Part shown: positions 11,374 through 22,204 of the stretch, piece by piece
Position numbering within the stretch: position 1 is the first letter of the stretch
Layout: the number at the start of each line of letters is the position of its first letter
NCBI GenBank assembly: GCA_963717885.1
Contig: CAVQXB010000004.1
Location: forward strand, 399,552 to 463,551
Direction of reading: 5' to 3'
DNA: 64,000 nt
DNA from: an uncultured Acidimicrobiaceae bacterium
GTDB taxonomy: Bacteria > Actinomycetota > Acidimicrobiia > Acidimicrobiales > RAAP-2
Program-made: the position numbers and the translations under genes
The notes under the pieces: model-generated
Told to the model about the DNA's origin: nothing
The model's database searches: none
What the model saw: the letters and a program-made list of their open reading frames with translations, nothing else

Positions 11374-12584
11374 TCAGCGTCTGGGAGTAGTCGAAGTCGG
11401 GGTACACGACACCGTGGTCGGTGCCGTCCGGCGTGGTCGGGTGGGGATAGGGGGTCACCGGCAGGACCTGGAAGTGGCAGGCCTGCTCCCAGATGTCGGT
11501 GGCTCGTCCGCCGGCGTAGACGAAGAGGTCGACGGTGTAGGCGCCGGGCTTGAGCCAGGGGGTCCGGAGCACCAGCCGACCCTCGGCGTCGGTGGAGGGG
11601 TCGAGCCAGAAGTCGACCACCCGCGAGTCGCACTGGGCGATCACCATGCCGTCCTCGTTGTTGACGAAGCACGAGAGGTAGTAGCGGCTGCCGAAGTCGG
11701 GGTTGGCCCCCACGGCGAACTCGACCACCACGTCCTGGCCGGGCTTGGTGATGTCGTCGGCCACCGCCACCGACGTGAACCGGAGCTCGCCGGTGCCCGG
11801 CCGGTGGGTGGCCACCTGCAGCAGCGGCGCCGATCGGGCGAAGCTGCGCTTGTACTCCTCCAACGCCTCTTCGACCGTGCCGTGGAGCACCAGATGGCCG
11901 GCGCTCGAGGTAGAGGGCCGAGGTGCACAGGTCGGACACCGTCTGCAGCTGGTGGCTGACCAGCAGCACGGTGCGGCCGTCCCGGGCCACCTCGCGCATC
12001 TTGCGGAGGCACTTGGCCTGGAAGTCGGAGTCGCCCACGGCCAGCACCTCGTCGACCACCAGGATCTCGCTGTCCAGGTGGGCGGCCACGGCGAAGGCCA
12101 GCCGGATGTACATCCCGGTCGAGTACCGCTTGACCTGGGTGTCGAGGAATCGCTCGGTCCCGGCGAACTCCACGATGGCGTCGAAGCGCTCGGCGATCTC
12201 CTTGCGGCGCATGCCGAGCAGGGTCCCGTTGAGGAAGACGTTCTCCCGCCCGGTGAGCTCGGGATGGAATCCGGTCCCCACCTCGAGGAGGCTGCCCACC
12301 CGGCCGCCGAGCTCGATGCGGCCGGTGGTGGGGGCGGTGATCCGGTTGATGATCTTGAGCAGGGTGCTCTTGCCGGCACCGTTCCGGCCGATGATGCCGA
12401 CCACCTCGCCCCAGCCGACCTCGAAGGACACGTCGTGGAGGGCGTCGAACTGCTCGACCTGCTTCTTCTTCCCCCGGAGCCGCTTGAGCACCGCCTCGGA
12501 CGCGTAGGAGTCGCGGTCCTCCTGACGGAGGATCCGGTAGGTCTTCGACAGGCCGGACACCGAGATGGAGGCGTCGGTGGACAC
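11374..12584 (-). CDS. Polysaccharide ABC exporter ATP-binding protein with C-terminal glycan-binding-type domain (Wzt/TagH-like; 3' end uncertain)
   Basis: ORF 10881..12584 has Walker [22 protein letters not shown] and Walker [14 protein letters not shown] second frame gives an extra beta-rich C-domain ([26 protein letters not shown]...[21 protein letters not shown]). Confidence 0.8.
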
Positions 12585-12669
12585 CGGGGCGACAGTGAGA
12601 CGGCAGTTGTTGGAGCACCAAATGGATCCTCGATCGCGGGCAGAAGTCCTGCCTCAGAGGATCGACACG

Positions 12670-14463
12670 TCAGTCGTCGAGCTTGAGCGCGGAGACGAAT
12701 GCCTCCTGGGGGACCTCGACCCGGCCGATGTTCTTCATCTTCTTCTTCCCCTCCTTCTGCTTCTCGAGCAGCTTGCGCTTGCGGGTGATGTCCCCGCCGT
12801 AGCACTTGGCCAGCACGTCCTTGCGCCGGGCCTTGACCGTCTCGCGGGCCAGGACCCGGCCGCCGATGGCGGCCTGGATGGGGACGTCGAACATCTGGCG
12901 GGGGATCAGCTGCGCGCAGCTTCTCGGTCATCCGCCGGCCGTAGAAGTCGGCCTGGGACCGGTGGACGATGGTGGAGAAGGCGTCCACCGGGGTGTGGTT
13001 GATGAGCAGGTCCACCTTGACCAGGTCGGCGGTGGCGTACCCCTCGGGCTCGTAGTCGAGGCTGGCGTACCCCTTGGTCCGGCTCTTCAGCTGGTCGAAG
13101 AAGTTGACCACCACCTCGGCCAGGGGGATGGCGTAGACGAACTCGACCCGCTCGGGCGAGAGGTACTCCATCTTGACCATCTCGGCCCGGTGGCCCTGGC
13201 ACAGGTCCATGACCGTGCCGGTGTACTCGGCCGGGGTGAGGATGGTGGCCCGCAGCATGGGCTCGTCGACGTGGTCGAGATGGCTGGGCTCGGGCAGCTC
13301 GCTCGGATTGTCGACGTCGACCTCGGTCGCCGTTGTTGAGGTAGGCCCGGTAGGCCACCGACGGGGCGGTGGCGATGAGCGAGAGGTCGAACTCGCGCTC
13401 GAGGCGCTCCCGGACGATCTCCATGTGCAGCAGCCCGAGGAAGCCGCACCGGAACCCGAAGCCCAGGGCCCGGGACGACTCCGGCTCGTAGGTGAAGCTG
13501 GCGTCGTTGAGCCGGAGCTTCTCCAGGGCGTCCCGCAGGTCGGGGAGCTCGTCCCCGTCGATGGGGAACAGGCCGCAGAACACCATGGGCTTGGGATCGC
13601 GGTAGCCGGCCAGGGCGGCGGCGGCCGGGTGGGTGGCCGTGGTGACCGTCTCGCCGGAGCGGGCACCGCCCACGTCCTTGATGCCGGCGATCAGGTAGCC
13701 GACCTCGCCCGGGCCCGAGCTCGTCCACCGGGACGCGTGATCGGGGTGCGGACGCCGATCTCCTCGATCTCGTGGTTGCTGGCCGCCTGCATGAACCGGA
13801 GCCGGTCCGTCCCGACCAGCGTGCCGGCCATCACCCGGATCGAGCTGACCACTCCCCGGTACTGGTCGTAGGCGGAGTCGAAGATGAGGGCCTGCAGGGG
13901 CGCGGTCGGGGTCGCCGGCCGGCGGCGGGGATCCGGGCCACGATGGCGTCGAGCAGCTCGGGCACGCCCTCGCCGGTCTTGGCCGAGATGTGGAGGATGT
14001 CGGCGGCGTCGAGGCCGAGGACCTGCTCGATCTCGGCCGCGCAGCGCTCGGGGTCGGCGGCCGGCAGGTCGATCTTGTTGAGGACGGCCACGATCTCGAG
14101 GTCGTTCTCGAGGGCCTGGTAGCAGTTGGCCAGGGTCTGGGCCTGGATCCCCTGGGAGGCGTCGACGAGCAGCACGGCACCCTCGCAGGCGGCCAGCGAG
14201 CGGCTGACCTCGTAGCCGAAGTCGACGTGGCCCGGGGTGTCGATGAGGTGGAGGGTGTGGTCCTTCCACGGCACCCGGACGTTCTGGGCCTTGATGGTGA
14301 TGCCCCGCTCCCGCTCGATGTCCATCGAGTCGAGGTACTGCTCCCGCATCAGGCGGGGGTCGACGGCCCCGGTCAGCTCGAGGATGCGGTCGGACAGGGT
14401 CGACTTGCCGTGGTCGACGTGGCTGATGATGGAGAAGTTGCGGATGCGGTCGACGGGAAGCAC
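12670..14463 (-). CDS. lepA: Elongation factor 4 (LepA); at least 4 frame changes
   Basis: The N-terminus is [23 protein letters not shown]...IDTPGHVDF...LNKIDLP (13831..14601). The middle pieces lie in other frames. The C-terminus is [53 protein letters not shown] (12670..12894). Confidence 0.9.
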
Positions 14464-14706
14464 GGGGAGGCCAGCGTACCCAAGTCGACGCCGGTGCCCG
14501 TCCCCGGCGGCGGCCCCACCGGCAGGGGCACCAGGGCCGGGCGGGAGGTCCGCTGGGAGCCGGCCCGATTGGGCTGCTATCGTGTCCTGTCTCCCGGACA
14601 TGGCCCAGTCGGGCCCCCGGGGTCAGCTCGTCCGGTTCGGCGGGGCCGCACGCCCCACCGGCCAGAACCATCAGCCCGCAGCACGACCAGCACGCAGAGG
14701 AACCCA

Positions 14707-14979
14707 GTGGCAAACATCAAGAGCCAGATCAAGCGCAACCGGCAGACCATCAAGCGCCAGGCCCGCAACAAGGCGGTGCGCTCCGAGCTGCGGACCCGCA
14801 CCAAGCGGGCCCTCGGCGCCATCGAGGAGGGCGCCGAGGACGCCGAGGAGGCGCTGCGCCTGGCCATCAAGCGGATCGACAAGGCGGCGGCCAAGGGCGT
14901 CATCCACAAGAACCAGGCGGCCAACCGCAAGTCCCGGCTGATGAAGCGGGCTGCGGCCCGGGCCCAGGCCGAGGTCTGA
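14707..14979 (+). CDS. rpsT: 30S ribosomal protein S20
   Basis: GTG start preceded by GAGGAA. The product is [34 protein letters not shown]...[18 protein letters not shown]. Confidence 0.9.
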   Translation: MANIKSQIKRNRQTIKRQARNKAVRSELRTRTKRALGAIEEGAEDAEEALRLAIKRIDKAAAKGVIHKNQAANRKSRLMKRAAARAQAEV

Positions 14980-15190
14980 GCGTGGGGAGTACGGCCCGGG
15001 GACGGCGCCGGCCCCCCGGGGGCACCCGCGCCGCGTCCGGACCCCGCCCCGGGGACGGCCCGTCCAGGCCAACCGGGAGGCGGCACCCATCCCGACGGAT
15101 CGGCCGGAGCCGTTCCTGATTGCCACGCCAGTCGGTGATGGGGCGTGGCAGAGTTGAGCCTGTGACCAGGTTGCCGGCGGCGGAGCACCA

Positions 15191-16375
15191 GTGGTGGCCG
15201 GAGCGGTGATCCGGTGCCTTCTGGCGGCGCCGACCCCAGGAGCCGATGTCGAGAGCGGCGACGTGCAGTACTGCAGGGATCTCCTGGGCGATCCACCTCC
15301 GGGGGTGGAGTACGTCACCTACCCCGAGGCACTGGCGTCCGGCGAGCTCCGCGACATGCCCACGGTCCGCAAGGGGGCACCCCTGCCCCGAGGCGCCCGG
15401 GCCGTGGGACAGGCTCTGACCCGGGGTGGGCTCCACGCCATCCGGCGAGCCGGGATGCTCCTGCCCGACCCGGTCCGCTGGTGGGAGGTGGCCGGTTCAT
15501 TCGACGTCGTCCACACCCACTGCTTCCCGGTGCGGCTCACCGGACGCGTCCCGCCCGTCGTGGCGACCGACAGCGCCGGCACCTTCTGGTTCTGGACCGC
15601 GGCCCGGGGACGGAGCGAGCAGAGCGTGTGGACACTCCTCCGCCGCGAGCGGCATCTGGCCCGGCTACTCGGCATCATCCATCCCACGGTCACGCCGGAC
15701 GCGGCGGCGCAGGCCCTGTACTTCGTCTCCCGAGGCAAGGAGCTGGCCGAGCGACTGGGGATCGACAGTTCGTGCATCCAGATCGCACCGGCCGGGGTGC
15801 CCGACGCCACGACGACCGCCCCCCTGGCGATGGACCCGCCCACGCTCCTCTTCGTGACCCGGAACTTCGAGGTCAAGGGAGGGCCGGCCGCCCTGACCGT
15901 CCTGGACGCCGTCCGGCGGGAGTTCCCGACCTGCAGGCTGCTGGTGGCCGGTCCCTCCGTCCCCGACCCCGGCATCGAGGGGGTCACCTGGCTCGGTCCC
16001 AACACCAGGGAGGAGCTCTACGGGGGCGTCTACCCCCGGGCCGATCTCTTCGTGTACCCGACCACGTTCGACTGTGCCCCGCTGGTGGTGGTCGAAGCCC
16101 TGGCCCACGGGCTGCCGGTGGTGGCCCCGCGCTCGTTCGGTCTCCCCGATCTGGTCCGACACAACAGCACGGGAATGCTGGTCGACCCGGGCCGGACCGA
16201 CCTCATCACCGAGTCGGTGCTCGGTCTGCTCCGCGACCCCGACCGCCTGCGCCGGATGGGGTCCGCGGCCCGCGAGGACTTCCTCACCCGCCACTCGGTC
16301 GCCGTCCGCAACCGGAAGCTCCTGGCCGCCTACGCCGCCGCCGGGGCGGTCGACGGACGCAGCGTGAACCGGTGA
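15191..16375 (+). CDS. Glycosyltransferase family 4
   Basis: Intact 394-aa ORF. The C-domain is LLFVTRNFEVKGG...LFVYPTTFDCAPLVVVEALAHGLPVVAPRSFGLPDLV. The true start may be internal. Confidence 0.8.
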   Translation: MVAGAVIRCLLAAPTPGADVESGDVQYCRDLLGDPPPGVEYVTYPEALASGELRDMPTVRKGAPLPRGARAVGQALTRGGLHAIRRAGMLLPDPVRWWEVAGSFDVVHTHCFPVRLTGRVPPVVATDSAGTFWFWTAARGRSEQSVWTLLRRERHLARLLGIIHPTVTPDAAAQALYFVSRGKELAERLGIDSSCIQIAPAGVPDATTTAPLAMDPPTLLFVTRNFEVKGGPAALTVLDAVRREFPTCRLLVAGPSVPDPGIEGVTWLGPNTREELYGGVYPRADLFVYPTTFDCAPLVVVEALAHGLPVVAPRSFGLPDLVRHNSTGMLVDPGRTDLITESVLGLLRDPDRLRRMGSAAREDFLTRHSVAVRNRKLLAAYAAAGAVDGRSVNR

Positions 16376-17118
16376 TTCCGAAGGTCATCCACCGTATCTG
16401 GATCGGCACGGCCGAGCCGCCCCACCTCGCGGCCATGACCCGATCGTGGCGGACGCACTTCCCCGACTACCGCCTGGAGTGGTGGACCGGAGAACGCCTC
16501 GCCGATCTCGGCATGCCGGTGCACTGGCACCGGGCCCACACGTACGCGGAGAAAGCGGACATCGCCCGGTACCTGCTCCTGCACCGGTTCGGCGGCATCT
16601 ACGCCGACTGCGACGTACAGCCGCTCCAGCGGTTCGACCACCTGTGGGAGGACACGGATTCGCTGGTCGCCTTCCAGGAGTCGTCCGATCTGGTCTGGAA
16701 CGGTCTGATCATCGCCGCGGTCGGGGCTCGGGTGCTGGCCCTCTCCTCGCGGCTGGCCGACCGGAGCGCCCGACGGCATGCGCCGACGGCGGCCCCCAAC
16801 GTGAGGACCGGGCCGTTCGTCTTCACGGCGGCCATCGACTACGAGCGTTTCATCGACCCGAGGGGCATCCGGGTCTATCCGCCCGGGTTCGCACACGTCC
16901 GTGGGGAGCAGCCTGCCCATGCCGTGGTGTCCTCCCCGTTCCGCGACCCACCCGAGTGGGCCCTGGCCCCCGGCGACCGGGCGGAGAGGTCCGGGGCCGG
17001 CGGCTGGAGGGCCACGGTGGCCGACGCCGACCTCAGCCTTCGTCTGCTGCCGGTACGGGTCAGACGGGTCCTCCGTTCACACAGTCTGCGGCCGGCGGGA
17101 CGGAGAGATTCGCCGTGA
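16372..17118 (+). CDS. Glycosyltransferase with DXD sugar-binding motif (GT32-like)
   Basis: The GTG start overlaps the upstream stop (GTGA). The product has IPKVIHRIWIGTAEPP...YAEKADIARYLLLHRFGGIYADCDVQPL. Confidence 0.65.
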   Translation: MIPKVIHRIWIGTAEPPHLAAMTRSWRTHFPDYRLEWWTGERLADLGMPVHWHRAHTYAEKADIARYLLLHRFGGIYADCDVQPLQRFDHLWEDTDSLVAFQESSDLVWNGLIIAAVGARVLALSSRLADRSARRHAPTAAPNVRTGPFVFTAAIDYERFIDPRGIRVYPPGFAHVRGEQPAHAVVSSPFRDPPEWALAPGDRAERSGAGGWRATVADADLSLRLLPVRVRRVLRSHSLRPAGRRDSP

Positions 17119-17167
17119 GGCGCTCCCCTCGCTTGCCGCGGGCTGCGGCGGCTCGGCGCCGCCGCGG

Positions 17168-18476
17168 TTACTTGACGTAGTAGTACGGCTGGTCGCACCG
17201 GTAGCCGTGGGCTGAACCGGTGGCCGGCGGATCGTCCAACCGCTTGATCTGACCGTCGACGATCTTGGCGATGATGTAGCAGTTGGAGGGGATCTTGTCC
17301 GCCGGGTTGGCCGTGCCCACCAGGTTTCCTCCCGAGAACGACGTGATCTTGCGGAGCTGCTGGAGGATGGAGCCCCGGCTCGGGTGAGGGCCGGCGGCCT
17401 TCAGGGCCTCGGTGAACAGCTCGGCGGACAGCCATCCGAACAGGGTGTAGAGGTCGGCCTTGAACCCGGGCGAGGCCTTCTGGATCCAGGTCTGGAAGGC
17501 GGTGATGGCCGGGATCACCGACTTGTCCTCGCCCAGATACAGGGAGGTGTTCTGCTCCAGGTAGGAGCCGTCGATGGCCGAGGCCCCGCCGGCGTTGGGG
17601 ATGAGCTGCTCGCTGTAGGTGGAGCCACCCAGCACCAGGACGGGATGGAAGTTCTGCTGGTTGAGGGCCTGGACCACCGAGGCGGCGTAGTTCTGGGGCA
17701 TCTGCTCGAGGAAGAGGATCTTCACCCCGGCGTTCTTCATGGCGATGACGTTCTGGTTGAAGTCGGTCTGGCTGATCTCGAACGTCGGGTCGTAGACCAC
17801 CTTGTAGCCGATCGACTGCATGGCCTGCCTTCTCGGCATTCCACTTGGCGATGGCCGACGGCTCGCCGGCCACCATGGCCGCGCGAATGGGCGATGGCCT
17901 TGGGATAGTTCTTCTTGAAGTAGGCGAGCGGCCCGAGCTGCCAGCCGTTGGGCGCCGGCGCCGGGCTGAAGGAGTTGGGCAGGTTGTTGGTGGCCAGGTC
18001 GAGCGAGACGGTCACGTTGGGAACCTGGGGATTGGCCTTCAGCACCGGCCCCCGAAGTTGTCCTCCAGGGAGAAGCTTCCCACCATGGCGACGTCCTTTT
18101 GGATGTCGGCCTGGGTCTGCTGCTTGTTGGGTCCGCCCGAGTAGCCGTCGTCGCTGCTGTCCACGAGGATCTTGCGGCCGTTGATGCCCCCTACGGTGTT
18201 GACGTAGTCGGCGTAGGCCTGGATGCCCACCGCGGCCCCCTTGAACAGGCCGGCGACCAGGGTGGAGACGTTGCCCACCGACACCGTCTTGTCCGTGATG
18301 CCGGTGTGGTCGCCGAAGGCCGAGGACGGGATGGCCGGCTCGGATGTCGTGGCCGAGGCCATGGTCGTGGCCGTCGAGCAGACGGCCAACGAGACGGCCA
18401 GGACCACGGTGGCGGGCGCCGCGGCCCATCGGGACAGCCGGCCCCTGGATGTGCAAGTGCCAGATGTGGATCTCAT
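17168..18476 (-). CDS. ABC transporter substrate-binding lipoprotein, branched-chain-amino-acid (PBP1) type; 2 frame changes
   Basis: There is a signal/lipobox-like N-terminus (AAAPATVVLAVSLAVCSTA). Other matches are GITDKTVSVGNVSTLVAGLFKGAAVGIQAYADYVNTVGGINGRKI and the C-terminal 17168..17839 piece. No cognate permease or ATPase genes lie nearby. Confidence 0.8.
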
Positions 18477-18589
18477 CGGTGACGTCTCCCCCTGCTGTCG
18501 GTCGGCCGGCAGATCGTCGATCTGCCCCCCGGCGTTGTCGCCGGCCTTGACTCTAGAGAATCGGGACCGGGCGTGTGTGGTCGCGCCGC

Positions 18590-19290
18590 TCATCGGGTAT
18601 CCGGTCGGTCTGGGCCGGCGGCGCCGGCGTCCCGCCGGTGCATGGCCCCGATCCGAGACCGGTCCAGTTGGACGAACTCACCCTCGGCCTCGACCGTGAC
18701 CACACCCCCCTGGATCAGGCGGCCCTGGCTGAAGGTCCGGCGCCCGGTGCGCCGGGTGACCCAGGCCTCGAAGTGGGCCGGTTCGCCGATCAGGGTCGGC
18801 TTCCGGTAGCGGATGGCGAGGTTGACCGTGGGACCGGCGCCGTCGGCGATGACGTTGGCCGCGGTCAGCATGATGTCGAACGCCCCGGCCAGCACCGCGC
18901 CGTGCACGCACCCCGGTGCCCCCTCGTAGGGGGCGGTGAAGGTGGCCCGGCCGATGGCCCGGGGCGGATCGAATTCGACGGTGAGGGGAAGGGCCACCGG
19001 GTTGCAGGCGCCGATGACCACGTCGAAGGGCATGGCCGCGGCCAGTGTGTCGTGCTTCCTCGGCCGGGACCGAGCGGTCGGCGAATCGGGCCACCGGCTC
19101 GGCACCCACCGCCGGTACGTGGCCGTCCAGCTCGTCGGCCAAGGCCCCGGCCCGGCGAGCGGCCTCGGCCAGCACCTCGGGAGGTGCGGTGGCGGTCACG
19201 GTGAGAGCCATCAGCCGGCGCACCGCGTCGGCCAGCTCCTCCCGGCCTCCCCCGCTCCAGGGCCTTCCGGCGGAGGGCGGCGGTCCCGCC
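18590..19290 (-). CDS. PaaI/hotdog-fold thioesterase (frame change near 19070; start approximate)
   Basis: ORF 18590..19105 has GAPGCVHGAVLAGAFDIMLTAANVIADGAGPTVNLAIRYRKPTLIG...GRLIQGGVVTVEAEGEFV. An N-terminal helical extension lies in another frame. Confidence 0.65.
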
Positions 19291-19297
19291 ACCGACC

Positions 19298-20156
19298 TCA
19301 GCCACCGTCGCCCCCGAAGCGCTCGAGGTACGCCGCGTGGGCGTCCAGGGTGGCCAGCATCTCCCCCGCCGCCCCCGACGGGACCCGGAGCACCACCTCG
19401 TCGATCCCCAGTCGCTGGTAGTGGGCCAGCTTCTCGTCGCTCGGAACCGTACCGAAGGGCACCACCCGCACCTGGTCGGGGTCGCGGTGGCGCTTCTCCA
19501 CGGCCCGGCGGAGCTGGGGAAGGGCCTCGGCCAGACCCGATCCGCCGACCGGCATCCACCCGTCGGCGTACTCGGCGATGGCGGCGAACACCCGGGGAGA
19601 GGCCGTGCCCCCGACCAGTGTCGTCACCCGGGGCTGCTGTACCGGCTTGGGCCAGCTCCAGCACGAGGTCGAGGTCGACGAACTCGCCGTGGAACTCCGC
19701 CTGCTCGTTGGCCCACAGGGCCTGCATGCACAGGACGTGCTCGCGGGCCACCTCCCGCCGTCGACCGAAGTCCACGCCGTGGTCGGCGGCCTCGGCGCGG
19801 TTCCAGCCGAAGCCGATCCCGAAGACCACCCGCCCCCCGCTCAGGTGGTCGAGGGTGGCGATCTGCTTGGCCAGCACGATCGGGTCGTGCTGGGCGGCCA
19901 GCACCACGCCGGTGCCGAGGAGGATCCGCTCGGTCACCGACGCCGCGGTGGACAGGGCCACGAACGGGTCGAGGCTGCGGCGGTAGTCGTCCAGGTGGAC
20001 GCCCTCGACCAGAGCCGGAGGTACGTCCTCGCGCACCGGAAGGTGGGTGTGCTCGGGGAGGTAGAGGGAGTGGAAGCCGCGCTCCTCGGCGGCCCGGGCC
20101 AGGTCGGCCGGGGACATGTCCCGGTCGGTGAGGAAGGCGGTGATCCCGAGTCGCAC
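19298..20156 (-). CDS. LLM-class F420-dependent oxidoreductase (frame change near 19640)
   Basis: The GTG-start N-terminus is RLGITAFLTDRDMSPADLARAAEERGFHSLYLPEHTHLP...LDHLSGGRVVFGIGFGWN. The C-terminal piece 19298..19627 has ADGWMPVGG...YQRLGIDEVVL. Confidence 0.8.
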
Positions 20157-20181
20157 CGGATCAGTGCTCGCAGTCCGGCGG

Positions 20182-20930
20182 TCAGACGCGTCGCCGGGGT
20201 TGGCCTCGGGGTCGGCGAAGAGCGTGGCGAAGGCCGACTCCTCGCGGGCCCGGGCGGCCTCGATGGCCGGGCGCCGGGCCTGCCGTCATGAGGCGCTTGA
20301 TCCGTCGGGTGGCCTGCGGGGGGAAGGCCGCCAAGGAGCGAGCCAGAGCGAGGGTCTCGTCGACCACGGTTCCTTCGTCGCACACCCGCAGGGCCAAGCC
20401 GGCGCTCACCGCCTGGTCGGCGTCGATCCACTCCGAGGCCAACAGCAGGGCCGAGGCCCGCTGCCACCCCATCCGTTCCGGCAGCAGCCAGCTGCTGGCC
20501 GCCTCGGGGGGCACGCCCATCTCGGCGAACGGGGCCCGCAGCCGCGCCCCTCGCTCCATCAGCACCAGGTCCACGTGGCCGAGCAGCGTGCACCCCAGCC
20601 CCATCCCCACGCCGTGCACGGCGGCCAGCAGCGGCTTGTCGAACGCCACGAGGGTGTCGAGCAGCCTCTGGAATCCCGACCCGGCGTCGGCCCCGGCGTC
20701 CCCGGTGGCGATGGCCGCCATCTCGCGGAGGTCCTGGCCCGAGGTGAAGGCCTCGCCGCGGCCGGTCAGCACGACCGCATGGATCGGGTCGTCGGTCGAG
20801 GGCATCGACCAGCGCGTCGGTCCACGGCCCGGTACATGGCCGAGTCGAAGGCGTTGCGGACCTCGGGGCGGTCGAAGGCGATCAGGCGCACGCCGTCGGC
20901 GTCCTCGACGTCGATCCGGTGGTCGGTCAT
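20182..20930 (-). CDS. Enoyl-CoA hydratase/isomerase family protein (frame changes; 3' end uncertain)
   Basis: MTDHRIDVEDADGVRLIAFDRPEVRNAF is found in one frame. VVLTGRGEAFTSGQDLREM...KPLLAAVHGVGMGLGCTLLGHVDLVLM...FAEMGVPPEAASSWLLP lies in ORF 20182..21834. Confidence 0.75.
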
Positions 20931-20957
20931 GGCGGGTCACGGTGCGCGGCGGGACCC

Positions 20958-21719
20958 TCACGGGCGGACCACCTGGCCGCCGTCGACGTTGAACACGTGG
21001 CCGGTGATCCAGGACGCCTCGTCGGACAGGAGGAAGAGGCACATCCCCACCAGGTCGGTGGGTGACCCCCTGCCGCTTCAGGGCCAGTCCGGCCAGGATC
21101 GGCTGCATGAAGGCGTCGGGCACCACCGTCCGCGACGCCTCGGTGTCGATGGGCCCCGGGGCGATGGCGTTGATGCGGATGTTCTGGCCACCCAGCTCGT
21201 GGGCCAGCTGCTGGGTGAGCGAGTTGACCCCGGCCTTGGCCAGTCCGTAGAAGCCGGCGTACAGGTAGGCGGCGGTCGACGACTGGTTGACGATGGCCCC
21301 GCCCCCCCGCGCCTTCATGGCCGGATAGCAGGCACGGACGCAGTTGAGGGCGCCCAGCATGTTCACCGACAGGAACCGGTTGAGGTACTCCCAGTCCACG
21401 GTGAGCAGCAGGTCGAGCTGCATGCCGCCGAAGATGGCGGCGTTGTTGACCAGGTAGTCGAGGCCCCCGAACCGGTCCACGGCGGCCTCGGCCATGGCCC
21501 GGGCCGAATCGGGGTCGGCCACGTCCACCCGCACCGACTCGGCCGCCCCACCCGAGCCGCGGATGGACCGCGGCCACCTCGCTCGCCATCTCCTCGTCGA
21601 TGTCGGCCACCACCACCGAGGCGCCCGGCCGCGGCCAGCGCCTCGGCGTAGGCCTGGCCGATGCCGCCACCCGACCCGGTCACGATGGCCACCTTGCCGG
21701 AGAAGTCGAATCGGACCAT
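20958..21719 (-). CDS. Short-chain dehydrogenase/reductase (about 2 frame changes)
   Basis: The product has MVRFDFSGKVAIVTGSGGGIGQAYAEAL, LVNNAAIFGG, SSTAAYLYAGFYGLAKAG and IRINAIAPGPIDT. The C-terminus is HVFNVDGGQVVRP followed by a stop. Confidence 0.75.
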
Positions 21720-22179
21720 GGGGGACGGCCCGGTGTCGGTCCCACCGGTCGGGGTGCTCACGATCCCGTCCCGGTGCCGGCGCTCGGCGATGACCCTCTC
21801 GGCCACCGCGTTGACCTCGGTCGACAGCGGCCACCCGATGTAGTGGGTCAGGTGGAGCACGGTCTCGCGGACCTGCTCCTCGGTCAGCTCACCCCGCTCC
21901 AGGGCCGACCGGAACTGGATCTCGATCAGCGGCGACTGGCCCAGGGCGGCCAGCACGCCGATGGTCATCAGCCGGCGGTCGCGGTTGTCGAGCGCCGGCC
22001 TGGTCCAGACCGCGCCGAACAGGTGGTCGACGGTGAAGTCGACGTACGGGCCCGGCGAGGTCGTCGGGGTCGACGGAGAAGCCGTAGACCTCCTCCATCT
22101 TGGCCATGCCCCGGGCCCGGGGCGAGTCCGGGTCCCGTCCGCCCTGCTCTGCATGGCCTTGGGCCTTCTCGACGCTCAT
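21720..22179 (-). CDS. Carboxymuconolactone decarboxylase (CMD) family protein (frame change near 22090; no stop before the SDR start)
   Basis: ATG preceded by GGAGGG. The product has MSVEKAQGHAE...MAKMEEVYGF, then YVDFTVDHLFGAVWTRPALDNRDRRLMTIGVLAALGQ...RETVLHLTHYIGWP. Confidence 0.65.
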
Positions 22180-22204
22180 CGCTGCCACCCTCCCCCGGGC
22201 CGGA

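Noticed and set aside
10118-13666. Very long ORFs in the track (10118..13666 minus, 1182 aa; 26190..29027 plus, 945 aa; 15214..17118 plus, 634 aa; 3093..4823 minus, 576 aa) that could be read as giant proteins.
   Set aside because: Each one is a chain of segments from different neighbouring genes. These are joined to Arg/Pro/Gly/Ala-rich off-frame stretches. Stop codons are rare in about 70% G+C DNA and the indels splice frames together. Only sub-segments match real protein families.
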